Assembly: GCA_963731025.1 (NCBI GenBank)
Contig: CAVSVL010000042.1
Coordinates: 9,576 to 73,575, forward strand
DNA from: an uncultured delta proteobacterium
GTDB taxonomy: Bacteria > Desulfobacterota > Desulfobacteria > Desulfobacterales > UBA11574
Length of the DNA stretch: 64,000 nt
Direction: 5' to 3'
Shown here piece by piece: positions 20,684-29,925 of the stretch (position 1 is its first letter; the number at the start of each line of letters is the position of its first letter). Below the pieces are notes generated by a model. That model had not been told where the DNA came from. It did not search any database and saw only the letters and a program-made list of their open reading frames with translations. A program made the position numbers and the translations under genes.

Positions 20684-20700
20684 GTGAATAATAATTCACA
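20683..20700. promoter_or_regulatory. 18-bp palindromic operator, copy 1 (TGTGAAT-N4-ATTCACA)
   Basis: TGTGAATAATAATTCACA is a perfect 7+7 inverted repeat overlapping the -10 box and transcription start region of the TetR gene. Confidence 0.6.
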
Positions 20701-20713
20701 TATGGGGAGCACT

Positions 20714-21313
20714 ATGAGTATTGATAAATTGGATACCCAAATCAGGCAGGAACAGATCGCTCAGGCTGCGATGAATCTAATGAACACCACCGGTATGAAA
20801 GGGCTGAGTATTGCGAGAGTGGCGAAAAGAGTCGGACTGGTTCCCTCAGCGATTTACCGTCACTTTGAAAGTAAAGATCGAGTAATAGATGCCGTCCTGG
20901 ACGTTATCTTTGATCGACTCATGGACAATGTTTCGAAAGCATGTAGCGCAACTATTGACCCCTTTGAACGCCTTAAGTTGATTCTAACGCGTCATATACG
21001 CTTGATTTTAGAGAACCACGCAATTCCTCGGATTATTTTTTCTGAAGAGGTTTATAGTGGAAACATTGATCGAAAGGCAAAACTGAATCAGAAAATCGGC
21101 GGATATCTTGCTAAAATCAGTGAAATCGTTCGGCAGGGCCAGCACGAAAATCGCATCCGTAAAGATGTGGACTCGGATACTGTTTCCGTAATGTTCCTAG
21201 GAATTATCCAGCCGGCGGCGATACTTTGGCATATCAGTGATGAAACGTTTGATGTAACCAAACATGCCGAAAAGGCCTGGAAGATTTTTAAAGAATCACT
21301 GGAAACAGCTTAA
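20714..21313 (+). CDS. TetR/AcrR-family transcriptional regulator
   Basis: N-terminal HTH (GLSIARVAKRVGLVPSAIYRHFESKD) and an all-helical C-terminal part. Start uncertain: ATG 20702 or 20714, while the track GTG 20684 lies inside the operator. Confidence 0.9.
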   Translation: MSIDKLDTQIRQEQIAQAAMNLMNTTGMKGLSIARVAKRVGLVPSAIYRHFESKDRVIDAVLDVIFDRLMDNVSKACSATIDPFERLKLILTRHIRLILENHAIPRIIFSEEVYSGNIDRKAKLNQKIGGYLAKISEIVRQGQHENRIRKDVDSDTVSVMFLGIIQPAAILWHISDETFDVTKHAEKAWKIFKESLETA

Positions 21314-21329
21314 TTTTATTTAAATATAG

Positions 21330-21347
21330 TGTGAATATCAATTCACA
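21330..21347. promoter_or_regulatory. 18-bp palindromic operator, copy 2
   Basis: TGTGAATATCAATTCACA has the same 7+7 arms as copy 1. It lies 16 nt after the TetR stop and 45 nt before the hemerythrin start. Confidence 0.6.
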
Positions 21348-21392
21348 TTATGCGGGCACATTATAACGTTATATGTTGAAAGGGGGTATCTC

Positions 21393-21950
21393 ATGAAACC
21401 GATTCAAGATTTAATAATGGAGCACGAAGCCGTCAAGTTGACGCTAAAGATTCTGGATAAAATTTGTACCAATATCGAGCAAACCGGAAAAATTTTGAAC
21501 CCGGAGCATTTGGATCAACTGATAGAATTTTTCATCGTATTTGTGGATAAATGCCATCATGGAAAAGAAGAAGAATTGCTTTTCCCGGCTCTGGAAGCGA
21601 TTGGGGTTCAAAGAGACGGCGGACCGATTGGGGTCATGCTCGCAGAACACCAGCAGGGGCGTGAATACGTCCAAAAAATGAATAAGGCGTTTTCACAATA
21701 CAATGAGGGTGACCGTGCAGCTGCAGCTCAGCTTGCTAAAAATGCAAGAGCGTACATCGCTTTATTGCGTCAACATATTGATAAAGAGAACAATGTCCTA
21801 TTTCCCATCGGGGATAATCGTCTGTCGGAAGAGAAAAAGGCGGAGTTATGGGAAGGTTTTGAGACAATAGAAAAACAAAAAATCGGAGTTGGAAAACACG
21901 AAGAGTTTCACAAAATGTTGGACCATTTAGAAAGTGTGTATATGAAGTAA
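21393..21950 (+). CDS. hemerythrin (HHE cation-binding) domain protein
   Basis: 185 aa. Motifs MEHEAVK, CHHGKEEELLFPALE, GPIGVMLAEHQQGR, HIDKENNVLFP are typical di-iron hemerythrin-like stress proteins. Confidence 0.85.
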   Translation: MKPIQDLIMEHEAVKLTLKILDKICTNIEQTGKILNPEHLDQLIEFFIVFVDKCHHGKEEELLFPALEAIGVQRDGGPIGVMLAEHQQGREYVQKMNKAFSQYNEGDRAAAAQLAKNARAYIALLRQHIDKENNVLFPIGDNRLSEEKKAELWEGFETIEKQKIGVGKHEEFHKMLDHLESVYMK

Positions 21951-22103
21951 GGTTTAACTGTTTTATTATAGTTGGTCTGGGAGGACCCATCATCCTCACC
22001 CAGTTTCCGAGCCAACTAAAAGGGGATTTGGATCGAGAAAGATTGGGCATAGAAACAAAACGTTGTGCATTTATTTAATGAGAATCTATATGGAGGTGAC
22101 ATT

Positions 22104-22394
22104 ATGTTTGTAGTTCTAATCTCTTTTCCGCCGATAAAAGCAGGCAAAGATGCTGAATTCCGAGAGTGGTTTGTCTCGTCAAACGAAGAATTCTCCAAGT
22201 TTAAGGGTTTTATCAGGAGGAGGCTTTTGAAGCCTTTTGGGGAGGGCAATTATGCCGCTATCGTTGAGTTTGAAAATCAAGATACTTTCAAGGCAGTGCA
22301 GAGCAGTCCTGCCCATGAAAAAGCAGGTGAGCATGTAAAACCACTATTTGACGGCAATCCCACGCCCCGTTTTTATCAAGTCGTCATAGGGTAG
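22104..22394 (+). CDS. antibiotic-biosynthesis-monooxygenase (ABM) domain protein
   Basis: 96 aa from the internal ATG 22104 with GGAGGTG upstream. Ferredoxin-like ABM layout (MFVVLISF..FKGFIRRRLLKP..YAAIVEFENQDTF). Confidence 0.7.
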   Translation: MFVVLISFPPIKAGKDAEFREWFVSSNEEFSKFKGFIRRRLLKPFGEGNYAAIVEFENQDTFKAVQSSPAHEKAGEHVKPLFDGNPTPRFYQVVIG

Positions 22395-22435
22395 ATCCGA
22401 AATCAAGTTTATAATGGTAAAAGGGGGAAAATAAA

Positions 22436-23467
22436 ATGGTGGATTTATCAACCGAATATCTTGGTCTTAAACTAAAGAATCCTATAATCGTAGGAAGTTC
22501 GGGATTAACAAGCTCGGTTAAAAAGATAAAAAGTTTAGAAGGAAATGGTGCCGGCGCTGTTGTATTAAAATCTATTTTCGAGGAAGAGATAGCTTATGAG
22601 TATGAGGATTTTATCAAACAAGCAGGAAAAACCGGTTCTCCTCCCAAATACTTTGATTATGATGGTCGCAAAAATCCAATTGACTTTTATGATTACAAAA
22701 TTCGAGAGGATAATTTAAATAAATATATCAAACTTATTGAAGAGAGCAAGAGCAATGTTTCCATACCCGTTATTGCAAGTATCAACTGCTATTATCATTC
22801 CGCTGATTGGATAGCTTACGGCAGACACTTAGCACAAGCAGGAGCTGATGCACTCGAATTAAATATGTTCTTTTTACCATCAAACTTCAGCCGATCAAAA
22901 GAAGATACAGAAAGAATATATTTTCAGGTTATTGAGAAAATCCTGCAAGAAGTCTCTATCCCGGTCGCATTGAAAATTAGTCATTATTTCACCGATCTTG
23001 GGCCCATGATTCAAAAATTGTCAAAATCAGGCATTAAGGGACTGGTTCTCTTTAACCGCTTTTTTAGCCCCGATTTCGATATAGGCAAATTCCAAGTCGT
23101 GCCTTCATTCGTTTTCAGCACGCCTTCAGAATTGGCGATTTCTTTACGATGGATTGCAATAATGGCAGAAAAGGTCGACTGTGATCTTGCCGCTTCAACC
23201 GGTGTCCACGATGGCGATGCGGTTATTAAGCAGATTTTGGCCGGCGCCGATGCGGTTCAAGTCGTGTCTTGCCTATATAACCATGGTATAGGGTACCTTG
23301 AACAGTTGCTGGAGCGTTTAAAAAGCTGGATGGTGAGTAGAGGTTTTAAGCGATTATCTGATTTCAAAGGAAAAATGAGCCAGAGCAAAAGCATAGATCC
23401 ATCGATATATGAAAGAGCACAGTTCATGCGGTATTTTGGCGGTAAAAAAAATGTCAAGACTTATTGA
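22436..23467 (+). CDS. dihydroorotate-dehydrogenase-like flavoprotein (PyrD-fold, not canonical PyrD)
   Basis: 343 aa. TIM-barrel FMN motifs (NPIIVGSSGLT, GAGAVVLKSIFEEE, GADALELN, ASTGVHDGDAVIKQILAGADAVQV). Confidence 0.8.
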   Translation: MVDLSTEYLGLKLKNPIIVGSSGLTSSVKKIKSLEGNGAGAVVLKSIFEEEIAYEYEDFIKQAGKTGSPPKYFDYDGRKNPIDFYDYKIREDNLNKYIKLIEESKSNVSIPVIASINCYYHSADWIAYGRHLAQAGADALELNMFFLPSNFSRSKEDTERIYFQVIEKILQEVSIPVALKISHYFTDLGPMIQKLSKSGIKGLVLFNRFFSPDFDIGKFQVVPSFVFSTPSELAISLRWIAIMAEKVDCDLAASTGVHDGDAVIKQILAGADAVQVVSCLYNHGIGYLEQLLERLKSWMVSRGFKRLSDFKGKMSQSKSIDPSIYERAQFMRYFGGKKNVKTY

Positions 23468-23553
23468 TTATGTATCATCTCTTGGTTTAAAGCTTAGAAG
23501 TCTGATTATTAACTCAAAAACAGTGAATCCTCATTTTAAATCGACTGGAAGCA

Positions 23554-24714
23554 TTGGAAATGAAAAAAGTCAATGTTGTTGATACCGATTTAAACTTTAT
23601 TAAATCGGTAATATCCATAGGTGGGCATGATGTTAAAAAATGCTACCAGTGCGCAACATGTTCGGTTGTGTGTCCGATATCACCTGAATATAAACCGTTT
23701 CCACGCAAGGAGATGATTGCTGCTTCCTGGGGTTTGAAAGACCAATTATTAAAAGATGCAGATGTCTGGCTATGTCACAATTGTGGTGATTGTTCTGTCC
23801 ATTGTCCCAGAGAGGCAAAACCAGCGGATGTAATGTCGGCCATAAGGATGCAAGCAATTCTTGAATATGCATGGCCAAAGCCAATTGCAAAAGTCCTATC
23901 AGACCCTAAAAAACTTCCCTTGCTATTGACGATTCCTATCATTTTATTTATTATCGTTGGTGTGCCGACCGGATTGCTGAATTTCACTCCAGAAAGTGGA
24001 CCAATTGTTCATTCCCATTTTTTTTCCACATGGCTTGTTGACATAATCATGATTCCTGCTGCAGTTTGGGCTTTTTTGTCTTTTACAATAGGTTTAAATC
24101 GATTTATTAATGATATTCATCAGAATGCTCTATTAGAAGGGAAAACAAAAGAAAAAACAATTGATCCAAAAAGATTTATTCGTTCTCTCATCAGGACAGT
24201 TCCTGAAATACTCAAACATCAAAGATTTAGCAGATGTGGTGAAAATAACGAACGACCCACCGCACATATGATGGTGCTGTTCGGATATATAGGCCTTTTT
24301 GTCGTAACCAGTATCTTCTTTATTGCACTATATGTTTTCCAGGAACATGGACCTTATTCGCAATTAAATCCCGTTAAATGGCTGGCTAACATTAGCGGTG
24401 TAATTCTCATCATAGGTAGCGGGCTAATGATAAAAAGCCGGCTGTCCAAACCACAGCATATCTCCACATACTTTGACTGGTGCCTTATCTACCTCGTCTT
24501 TGGATTGGGAGTCACGGGTATGGCAACCGAAATGGCCCGTTTGGCTGGATGGGCTGCCGGAACATATGTTATATATTTCATTCACCTGATGCTTGTGTTT
24601 TGCTCATTTGCATACCTACCATACTCAAAATTCGCGCATTTGGTTTATCGGACGGCAGCTATTGCTTATGTGAAGTTTGCAGACAGAAAATTTAGCTTTA
24701 AAGATAATAGTTGA
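23554..24714 (+). CDS. QmoC-like membrane oxidoreductase subunit (HdrC-like 2x[4Fe-4S] domain fused to an HdrE/NarI-like membrane domain)
   Basis: 386 aa. CYQCATCSVVCP and CHNCGDCSVHCP cluster motifs, then about 6 hydrophobic helices. No qmoA/qmoB-like genes are adjacent. Confidence 0.75.
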   Translation: MEMKKVNVVDTDLNFIKSVISIGGHDVKKCYQCATCSVVCPISPEYKPFPRKEMIAASWGLKDQLLKDADVWLCHNCGDCSVHCPREAKPADVMSAIRMQAILEYAWPKPIAKVLSDPKKLPLLLTIPIILFIIVGVPTGLLNFTPESGPIVHSHFFSTWLVDIIMIPAAVWAFLSFTIGLNRFINDIHQNALLEGKTKEKTIDPKRFIRSLIRTVPEILKHQRFSRCGENNERPTAHMMVLFGYIGLFVVTSIFFIALYVFQEHGPYSQLNPVKWLANISGVILIIGSGLMIKSRLSKPQHISTYFDWCLIYLVFGLGVTGMATEMARLAGWAAGTYVIYFIHLMLVFCSFAYLPYSKFAHLVYRTAAIAYVKFADRKFSFKDNS

Positions 24715-24828
24715 CTTCAATGCCGGGAGCTTAATTTAGCTTTATAAATACTGTTTCAGATTATCCACACAAGTTCGTTTAATTTTGAAAAACTTGACCA
24801 CCAATGTTGTTATAGGAGGAAATATATC

Positions 24829-25023
24829 ATGGGAAAAAAAGTTTACATTGAAACGGAAGAATGTATCGGTTGCGAGAGTTGTGTTGAACTTTGCCCTGAA
24901 GTGTTTGGTTTTGACGAGGAGGCTGAAAAGGCTTTTGTTCTTATGCCGGAGGGCGGTTCTGAAGAATGCATTGATGAGGCCATCGAAACTTGTCCTGTTC
25001 AATGCATCCATTGGGATGAATAA
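24829..25023 (+). CDS. small ferredoxin (paralog of 15523..15720)
   Basis: 64 aa, AGGAGGA upstream. Motifs EECIGCESCVELC ... CPVQCIHWDE. Confidence 0.85.
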   Translation: MGKKVYIETEECIGCESCVELCPEVFGFDEEAEKAFVLMPEGGSEECIDEAIETCPVQCIHWDE

Positions 25024-25212
25024 AGGATAACATAGCCGTTATCTCCTGGTTGATAGGAAAGGCTAATCAGAGTGAAAATCTTTCCATTTGAGCCATACAC
25101 CGCCTGTTCCGGTGATTTAATGTTGTTTTTTCCATATTTTTGATTAACTATTTCGCATCTTGATCGTTTTTCACAGGATGTGGCATAAATTTCTTGCAGG
25201 GAGGATGAACCC

Positions 25213-27495
25213 ATGAACCTTCGACAGACTTTCCGTTCCGAACTCTCGGCGTGGTGGCGGGTGGGGCTCATATTTACCGTTATAGCAGGGTTTACAATTC
25301 TGATTTTTATAACGGTAAAGACATACAAAGACAGCCCCCCGATTCCAAAAAAGGTGGTCAATGCTGCAGGCGATACCGTCTTTACCGGCGAAGATATCTT
25401 GGCCGGCCAACAGGTATTTTTGAAGTATGCCTTGATGGAAAACGGCACCATCTGGGGGCATGGGGCCTATCTCGGCCCCGATTTTTCGGCTGAATATCTT
25501 CATGGCCTGGCCGAGGATGTCGGCGAAGCCCTGGCCCAGGAGCGTTATCATTTGGGATTAGAGGCGCTGCAGCCTGCGGAACGAGAAGCGGTGAAGGCCG
25601 AAATCCCGCAACTCCTCAAAAAAAATCGCTTCGATCCTAATGCGCAAACTTTGTTATTTACGAAGCCTGAAGAGAACTCCTACCGACGGCAAATCACCAA
25701 GTGGCAAAATCACTTTTCCCGGGAATCCAGCAATGGAGGGCTGCCCCCGAAATATCTGACCAATCACCAAGAACTTGAGCACCTTACCGCCTTTTTCGCA
25801 TGGACGGCGTGGGCGGCCGTGGCCAATCGCCCCGACAAGTCTTATTCATACACCAGCAATTTCCCCTATGATCCACTGGCCGGAAACACGCCGCCCGGCG
25901 CCGCCATTCTCTGGAGTGCTTTGAGCCTCATCACGCTGCTTGGCGGAACGGCGGCCATCTTGTTTGCCTTCGGCAAGTTTGACTATCTCGGCTGGAAACG
26001 CGGAAGCGAAGAATTGCGACCCCGGATGCTGCCGGGTGAGGCCACCGAAAGTCATCGGGCAATCTTAAAATACTTTGTGATCGTTGCCCTGCTTTTCCTC
26101 GCGCAGGTACTGATCGGCGGGGCCGTGGCCCACAACCGGGCTGAACCGGGCTCGTTTTACGGATTTAATCTATACCAGTTTCTGCCGACGACCATTCTGC
26201 GTACCTGGCATTTGCAGCTGGCGTTATTCTGGATCGCCACCTCTTATATCGGAGGCGGTCTGCTGCTTGCCAGTTCATTGGGCAAAAAAGAACCGAAGTA
26301 CCAGGCCAAGGGGATTCACCTCCTTTTCTGGGCGTTGGTTCTGGTCGTTGTCGGCAGCCTGCTGGGAGAACTCCTTGGAATCAATCAACTCCTCGGCAAT
26401 CTCTGGAGCTGGTTCGGCCATCAGGGCTGGGAATATCTCGATCTCGGGCGCGGCTGGCAAGTCCTGTTGGTGGTGGGTCTGGTCTTGTGGCTGATTTTGC
26501 TTTACCGAGTCGTTACCCCCGCATTGAAAGATCCCAAGCACAAGGAGATTACCACCCTGTTCATGATTGCCGCCTTGGCCATACCGCTTTTTTACCTTCC
26601 CGCCTTTTTCTTTAACAGCACATCCAACTATACCGTGGTGGACAACTGGCGTTTTTGGATTATCCACTTGTGGGTTGAAGGTTTCTTTGAGCTTTTTGTC
26701 ACCACCATGGTGGCGGTTCTTTTTTATCAACTCGGCCTGGTTTCCCGCAAGAACGCAACCCGTATAATCTACCTGGATGCCATCCTTTTCTTGGGGGCGG
26801 GTATCGTGGGGACCGGCCATCACTGGTATTGGACTGGACAAACCCATCTGAATATGGCGCTTTCAGCGCTGTTCTCCGCTATGGAGGTCATCCCCTTGAC
26901 CTTGCTTACACTGGACGCCTGGGATTTCGTAAGACTGACCCGCACCGGCGATGAGACCGGCAGGCAGAAGCGGCAGCTTCCGTATAAATGGGTGTTCTAT
27001 TTTTTGATGGCTGTTGGATTCTGGAATTTTGTCGGTGCCGGTATTTTTGGATTTCTCATCAATTTACCCATTATCAGCTACTTTGAGATCGGCACTGTCC
27101 TCACCCCAAACCATGGACATGCGGCCTTGATGGGGGTCTTCGGCATGGAAGCGGTGGCCCTGATGGTACTCGGGTTTCGACAGGTGCTCACGGACGAGCA
27201 ATGGAGACGGCCTGAGAAATTTATCCGGGTTTCATTCTGGGGACTCAATATCGGTCTTGCCCTGATGGTTGTGTGCAGTCTATTTCCTGAGGGAATATTC
27301 CAGCTCTCAGACGTCATAAACAATGGCTACTGGCACGCAAGGGGGGCTGACTATTTTACCATCCACACCGTCCGGCTTCTTGAATGGATGCGCTTGCCGG
27401 GCGACGCGGTATTCATCGTGTTCGGGGTCGTTCCCCTTGTTATAGCCGCAGTGATTACTTACGCGACCATGAAAAGGCAAGTCAGTGAATATTAA
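25213..27495 (+). CDS. norB: quinol-dependent nitric oxide reductase, large single-subunit form (qNOR)
   Basis: 760 aa. N-terminal TM helix plus a haem-less cytochrome-c-like extension (FTGEDILAGQQVFLKYALMENGTIWGHGAYLGPDFSAEYLH), followed by a haem-copper-oxidase-type 12-helix core with conserved His ligands. Confidence 0.95.
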   Translation: MNLRQTFRSELSAWWRVGLIFTVIAGFTILIFITVKTYKDSPPIPKKVVNAAGDTVFTGEDILAGQQVFLKYALMENGTIWGHGAYLGPDFSAEYLHGLAEDVGEALAQERYHLGLEALQPAEREAVKAEIPQLLKKNRFDPNAQTLLFTKPEENSYRRQITKWQNHFSRESSNGGLPPKYLTNHQELEHLTAFFAWTAWAAVANRPDKSYSYTSNFPYDPLAGNTPPGAAILWSALSLITLLGGTAAILFAFGKFDYLGWKRGSEELRPRMLPGEATESHRAILKYFVIVALLFLAQVLIGGAVAHNRAEPGSFYGFNLYQFLPTTILRTWHLQLALFWIATSYIGGGLLLASSLGKKEPKYQAKGIHLLFWALVLVVVGSLLGELLGINQLLGNLWSWFGHQGWEYLDLGRGWQVLLVVGLVLWLILLYRVVTPALKDPKHKEITTLFMIAALAIPLFYLPAFFFNSTSNYTVVDNWRFWIIHLWVEGFFELFVTTMVAVLFYQLGLVSRKNATRIIYLDAILFLGAGIVGTGHHWYWTGQTHLNMALSALFSAMEVIPLTLLTLDAWDFVRLTRTGDETGRQKRQLPYKWVFYFLMAVGFWNFVGAGIFGFLINLPIISYFEIGTVLTPNHGHAALMGVFGMEAVALMVLGFRQVLTDEQWRRPEKFIRVSFWGLNIGLALMVVCSLFPEGIFQLSDVINNGYWHARGADYFTIHTVRLLEWMRLPGDAVFIVFGVVPLVIAAVITYATMKRQVSEY

Positions 27496-27528
27496 TCTCG
27501 GCCAAGCGGTACACTGGGTGCAAATAAT

Positions 27529-27882
27529 ATGGAAATAAAAATCAAACGTGCATATGAAAATCCTAATGATACCGATGGGTACCGAATCCTGGTTGATCGG
27601 CTTTGGCCCAGGGGTGTTTCAAAAGAAAAGGCAAAAGTAGACTATTGGCCCAAAGAACTCGCCCCCTCAGCAGAGCTGCGCAACTGGTTTAGTCACGATT
27701 TAAATAAATGGCCTGAGTTCAAATCTCGTTATTTTAAGGAGTTAGATGGTAATCCAAAGCTGTTAAAAGAGCTTCTCCAGTATGTGCGTAAGGGAACGGT
27801 AACTTTTGTTTACAGTTCGAAAGAGCAACTGATAAACAATGCAGTTGCTCTTAAAGAGTATGTCGAGTCCTTAAATGGATAA
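27529..27882 (+). CDS. DUF488 (YeaO-like) protein
   Basis: 117 aa. Family-typical motifs IKRAYE...[37 protein letters not shown]. Confidence 0.8.
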   Translation: MEIKIKRAYENPNDTDGYRILVDRLWPRGVSKEKAKVDYWPKELAPSAELRNWFSHDLNKWPEFKSRYFKELDGNPKLLKELLQYVRKGTVTFVYSSKEQLINNAVALKEYVESLNG

Positions 27883-28121
27883 AACTCCTCAGGTTTTGAT
27901 TGCGAGATAGGATCGCAGCTATTTTTTAAACCAACCACCATAACCAGATTGAAGCAGATCCCACGGACAAAATCCTTTCCGGACACGTTTCAAGATGCGG
28001 ATGGTGATGTTCTATATCCGGCAAGAGAAGTACTCGCCCGTCAGATTTATTACTTCAGCAGAGGACAGGTTCTCGTCTCAAATACACTATGAAATGGTTA
28101 TAGACCATAAAGGAGGAAACA

Positions 28122-28595
28122 ATGGGAAACGAAGATGTCTGTTATACAAGAGAAGTCGCCCTGGAAAAGGCGATTGAGATGGAGATGAAAAGTTTCCAAA
28201 CTTATAAAGAAGCCTATCTAAAAATTAGGGAACCTCGTGTCAAAGACCTTGTAAAAGATTTGGCACTGGAAGAATTAGAGCACAAATATATTTTGGAAAA
28301 AGCCTATTTTGAGGAAACTGTGGCACTTCATGAAGAAGGTATGAAAGAAGGTCCCAGTATGAAACTATCGCTTCTTTTAATGGAAAAACCTTTGGAAGAT
28401 GATGCTGACGATCAGGACGTTATGATACACGCCATCCATGATGAAAAGCGCGCCGTTGATTATTATAAAAAAATGGCCGAGCAGTGTGGTGGCGCTCCAA
28501 TGGAGGAGATGTTTAAAAGATTGTACCAGGATGAAGAGGCACATCTCGTTCGATTGGAAGAGCTATACGAAACTATTTATATGAAAGATATGTGA
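28122..28595 (+). CDS. rubrerythrin/ferritin-like di-iron protein
   Basis: 157 aa, AGGAGGA upstream. Paired E..ExxH motifs (EMEMKSF, LEELEHKY, HDEKRAVDYY, QDEEAHLVRL). Confidence 0.75.
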   Translation: MGNEDVCYTREVALEKAIEMEMKSFQTYKEAYLKIREPRVKDLVKDLALEELEHKYILEKAYFEETVALHEEGMKEGPSMKLSLLLMEKPLEDDADDQDVMIHAIHDEKRAVDYYKKMAEQCGGAPMEEMFKRLYQDEEAHLVRLEELYETIYMKDM

Positions 28596-28627
28596 CAAAT
28601 TTATACGGCGTTAAATGGAGAATCATT

Positions 28628-29047
28628 ATGAGCAAAACCGACACAAATACACTTTTAGATTTTTACAACATGCTGCTTGAAGCAGAACGTGCAGGTGTAA
28701 CTGTCCTGAGTGAAATGAACAAGCAAGTTGAGGATCAGCGATTAAAGCCTATTTTGGAAAAGTTTTTACGGGATGAAGGCGTCAACTGCCGTATCTTGGT
28801 AAGCCTTATTCATGATCTCAATGCCAAACCCAGCGACAAAACAGGGTCATTCGTGGACAAAATACGTGCACTGGACAATCTTGATGAAAAAATCCAGCTT
28901 TTGATCCGCGGTCAAGCATGGGTTGCGCGTAAAATTCGGGAGTTCCAAAGCCATCTTCCAACCGGATCGGCCTACTTATTCATGGACGCGATTAAGGTGC
29001 AGCATGAAGAAAATGTAGATACACTGAAAAAATATTTCGATGTATAG
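28628..29047 (+). CDS. hypothetical helical protein, possibly ferritin-like
   Basis: 139 aa from ATG 28628 (GGAGAA upstream). About 30 nt downstream of the preceding stop, co-directional. All-helical composition with E/H-containing repeats. No family recognised with confidence. Confidence 0.5.
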   Translation: MSKTDTNTLLDFYNMLLEAERAGVTVLSEMNKQVEDQRLKPILEKFLRDEGVNCRILVSLIHDLNAKPSDKTGSFVDKIRALDNLDEKIQLLIRGQAWVARKIREFQSHLPTGSAYLFMDAIKVQHEENVDTLKKYFDV

Positions 29048-29200
29048 AAATTCACTGGTTCCAATATCTATCTTATATGACTTTTTAATTCCTTGAAAAA
29101 AGTGCATACTTCTGCCTTATTCATCATGCATTCAAACCATCATATGAAGAGTGTTGATTGAGGTTCAGAATCATTAATACGAAACCTTAGATAGCTGCAA

Positions 29201-29225
29201 GTGCGCCACGAGCGCGCTTTTTATA
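29201..29225 (+). terminator. terminator-like hairpin ending the 20.7-29.0 kb cluster (alternatively the first 25 nt of the outer intron)
   Basis: GUGCGC-CACGA-GCGCGC (one G.U pair) followed by UUUUU. A GC-rich hairpin set in AT-rich intergenic DNA. Confidence 0.4.
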
Positions 29226-29925
29226 TAAAGTGTGCGTAACTGCACAAAAGATGAGGGTAGGCCCCTCGGAGCCGGCTTACAGGAGCAGGCTTCAAACCAC
29301 CTCAAGCTGCATAGGTAAAGAGCCTTTGTGGTGAGCGTTGAGGAAAAGGCATGGCAAAAGATCGTGTCAGGTGAGGATCAAGGAGATGAGCGCAAGCGAA
29401 TCACTGATGAGGTGTCGAAATATCAGAGATGGCGTCAAAACTGGGGTGCTTGCAGGTCTCCAGGATAAGCTCAGGGGAAACCTGTTTACTGCCTGAGCGG
29501 CGTCCGGCATAAAGGTGGCATGAACTTGATCCAGGCTTTTGTGCGGAACGTGGGGTGCGCTGGGAGAAGCTTGTGTTATCTTGCGGGTGGAAGTCCCGTC
29601 CGGCTAAAGCTTAGCGAGCGGGCCGGGAGCGAGTCTTGCGAGCGCCATGGTAACAGGGCGTTCGAAGCGTAGACAGCAGTTGTGCGGGGTGTGCTATTGA
29701 GCCACGAAATACGCTAATTGTGGAGGCCGAGACCGTCCCACGAGTCGAAGGCAGCATATGCACTGTCGTTATCGCGAGACAATGCTGCTCCACCGGGGTC
29801 TAAGAACACATCACGTACGAAAGGATGGCGCAGGAACCCAGGAAGCCCCGTCGGGTCCTATTGTTGGTCACTATAGGGGGATCAAGGCGAGGGAAGACCG
29901 GAGTCTTGGTCTGAGCTGAGGCGGG

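Noticed and set aside
25150-25212. FNR/Dnr- or NsrR-type box upstream of qNOR (TTGATCGTTTTTCA).
   Set aside because: Only one half-site matches TTGAT-N4-ATCAA. This is not enough to call.
29101-29110. GTGCA at 29102 as an alternative, further-upstream 5' end for the outer intron.
   Set aside because: It deviates from GUGYG and lies in AT-rich host-like DNA with no intron-like structure following it.
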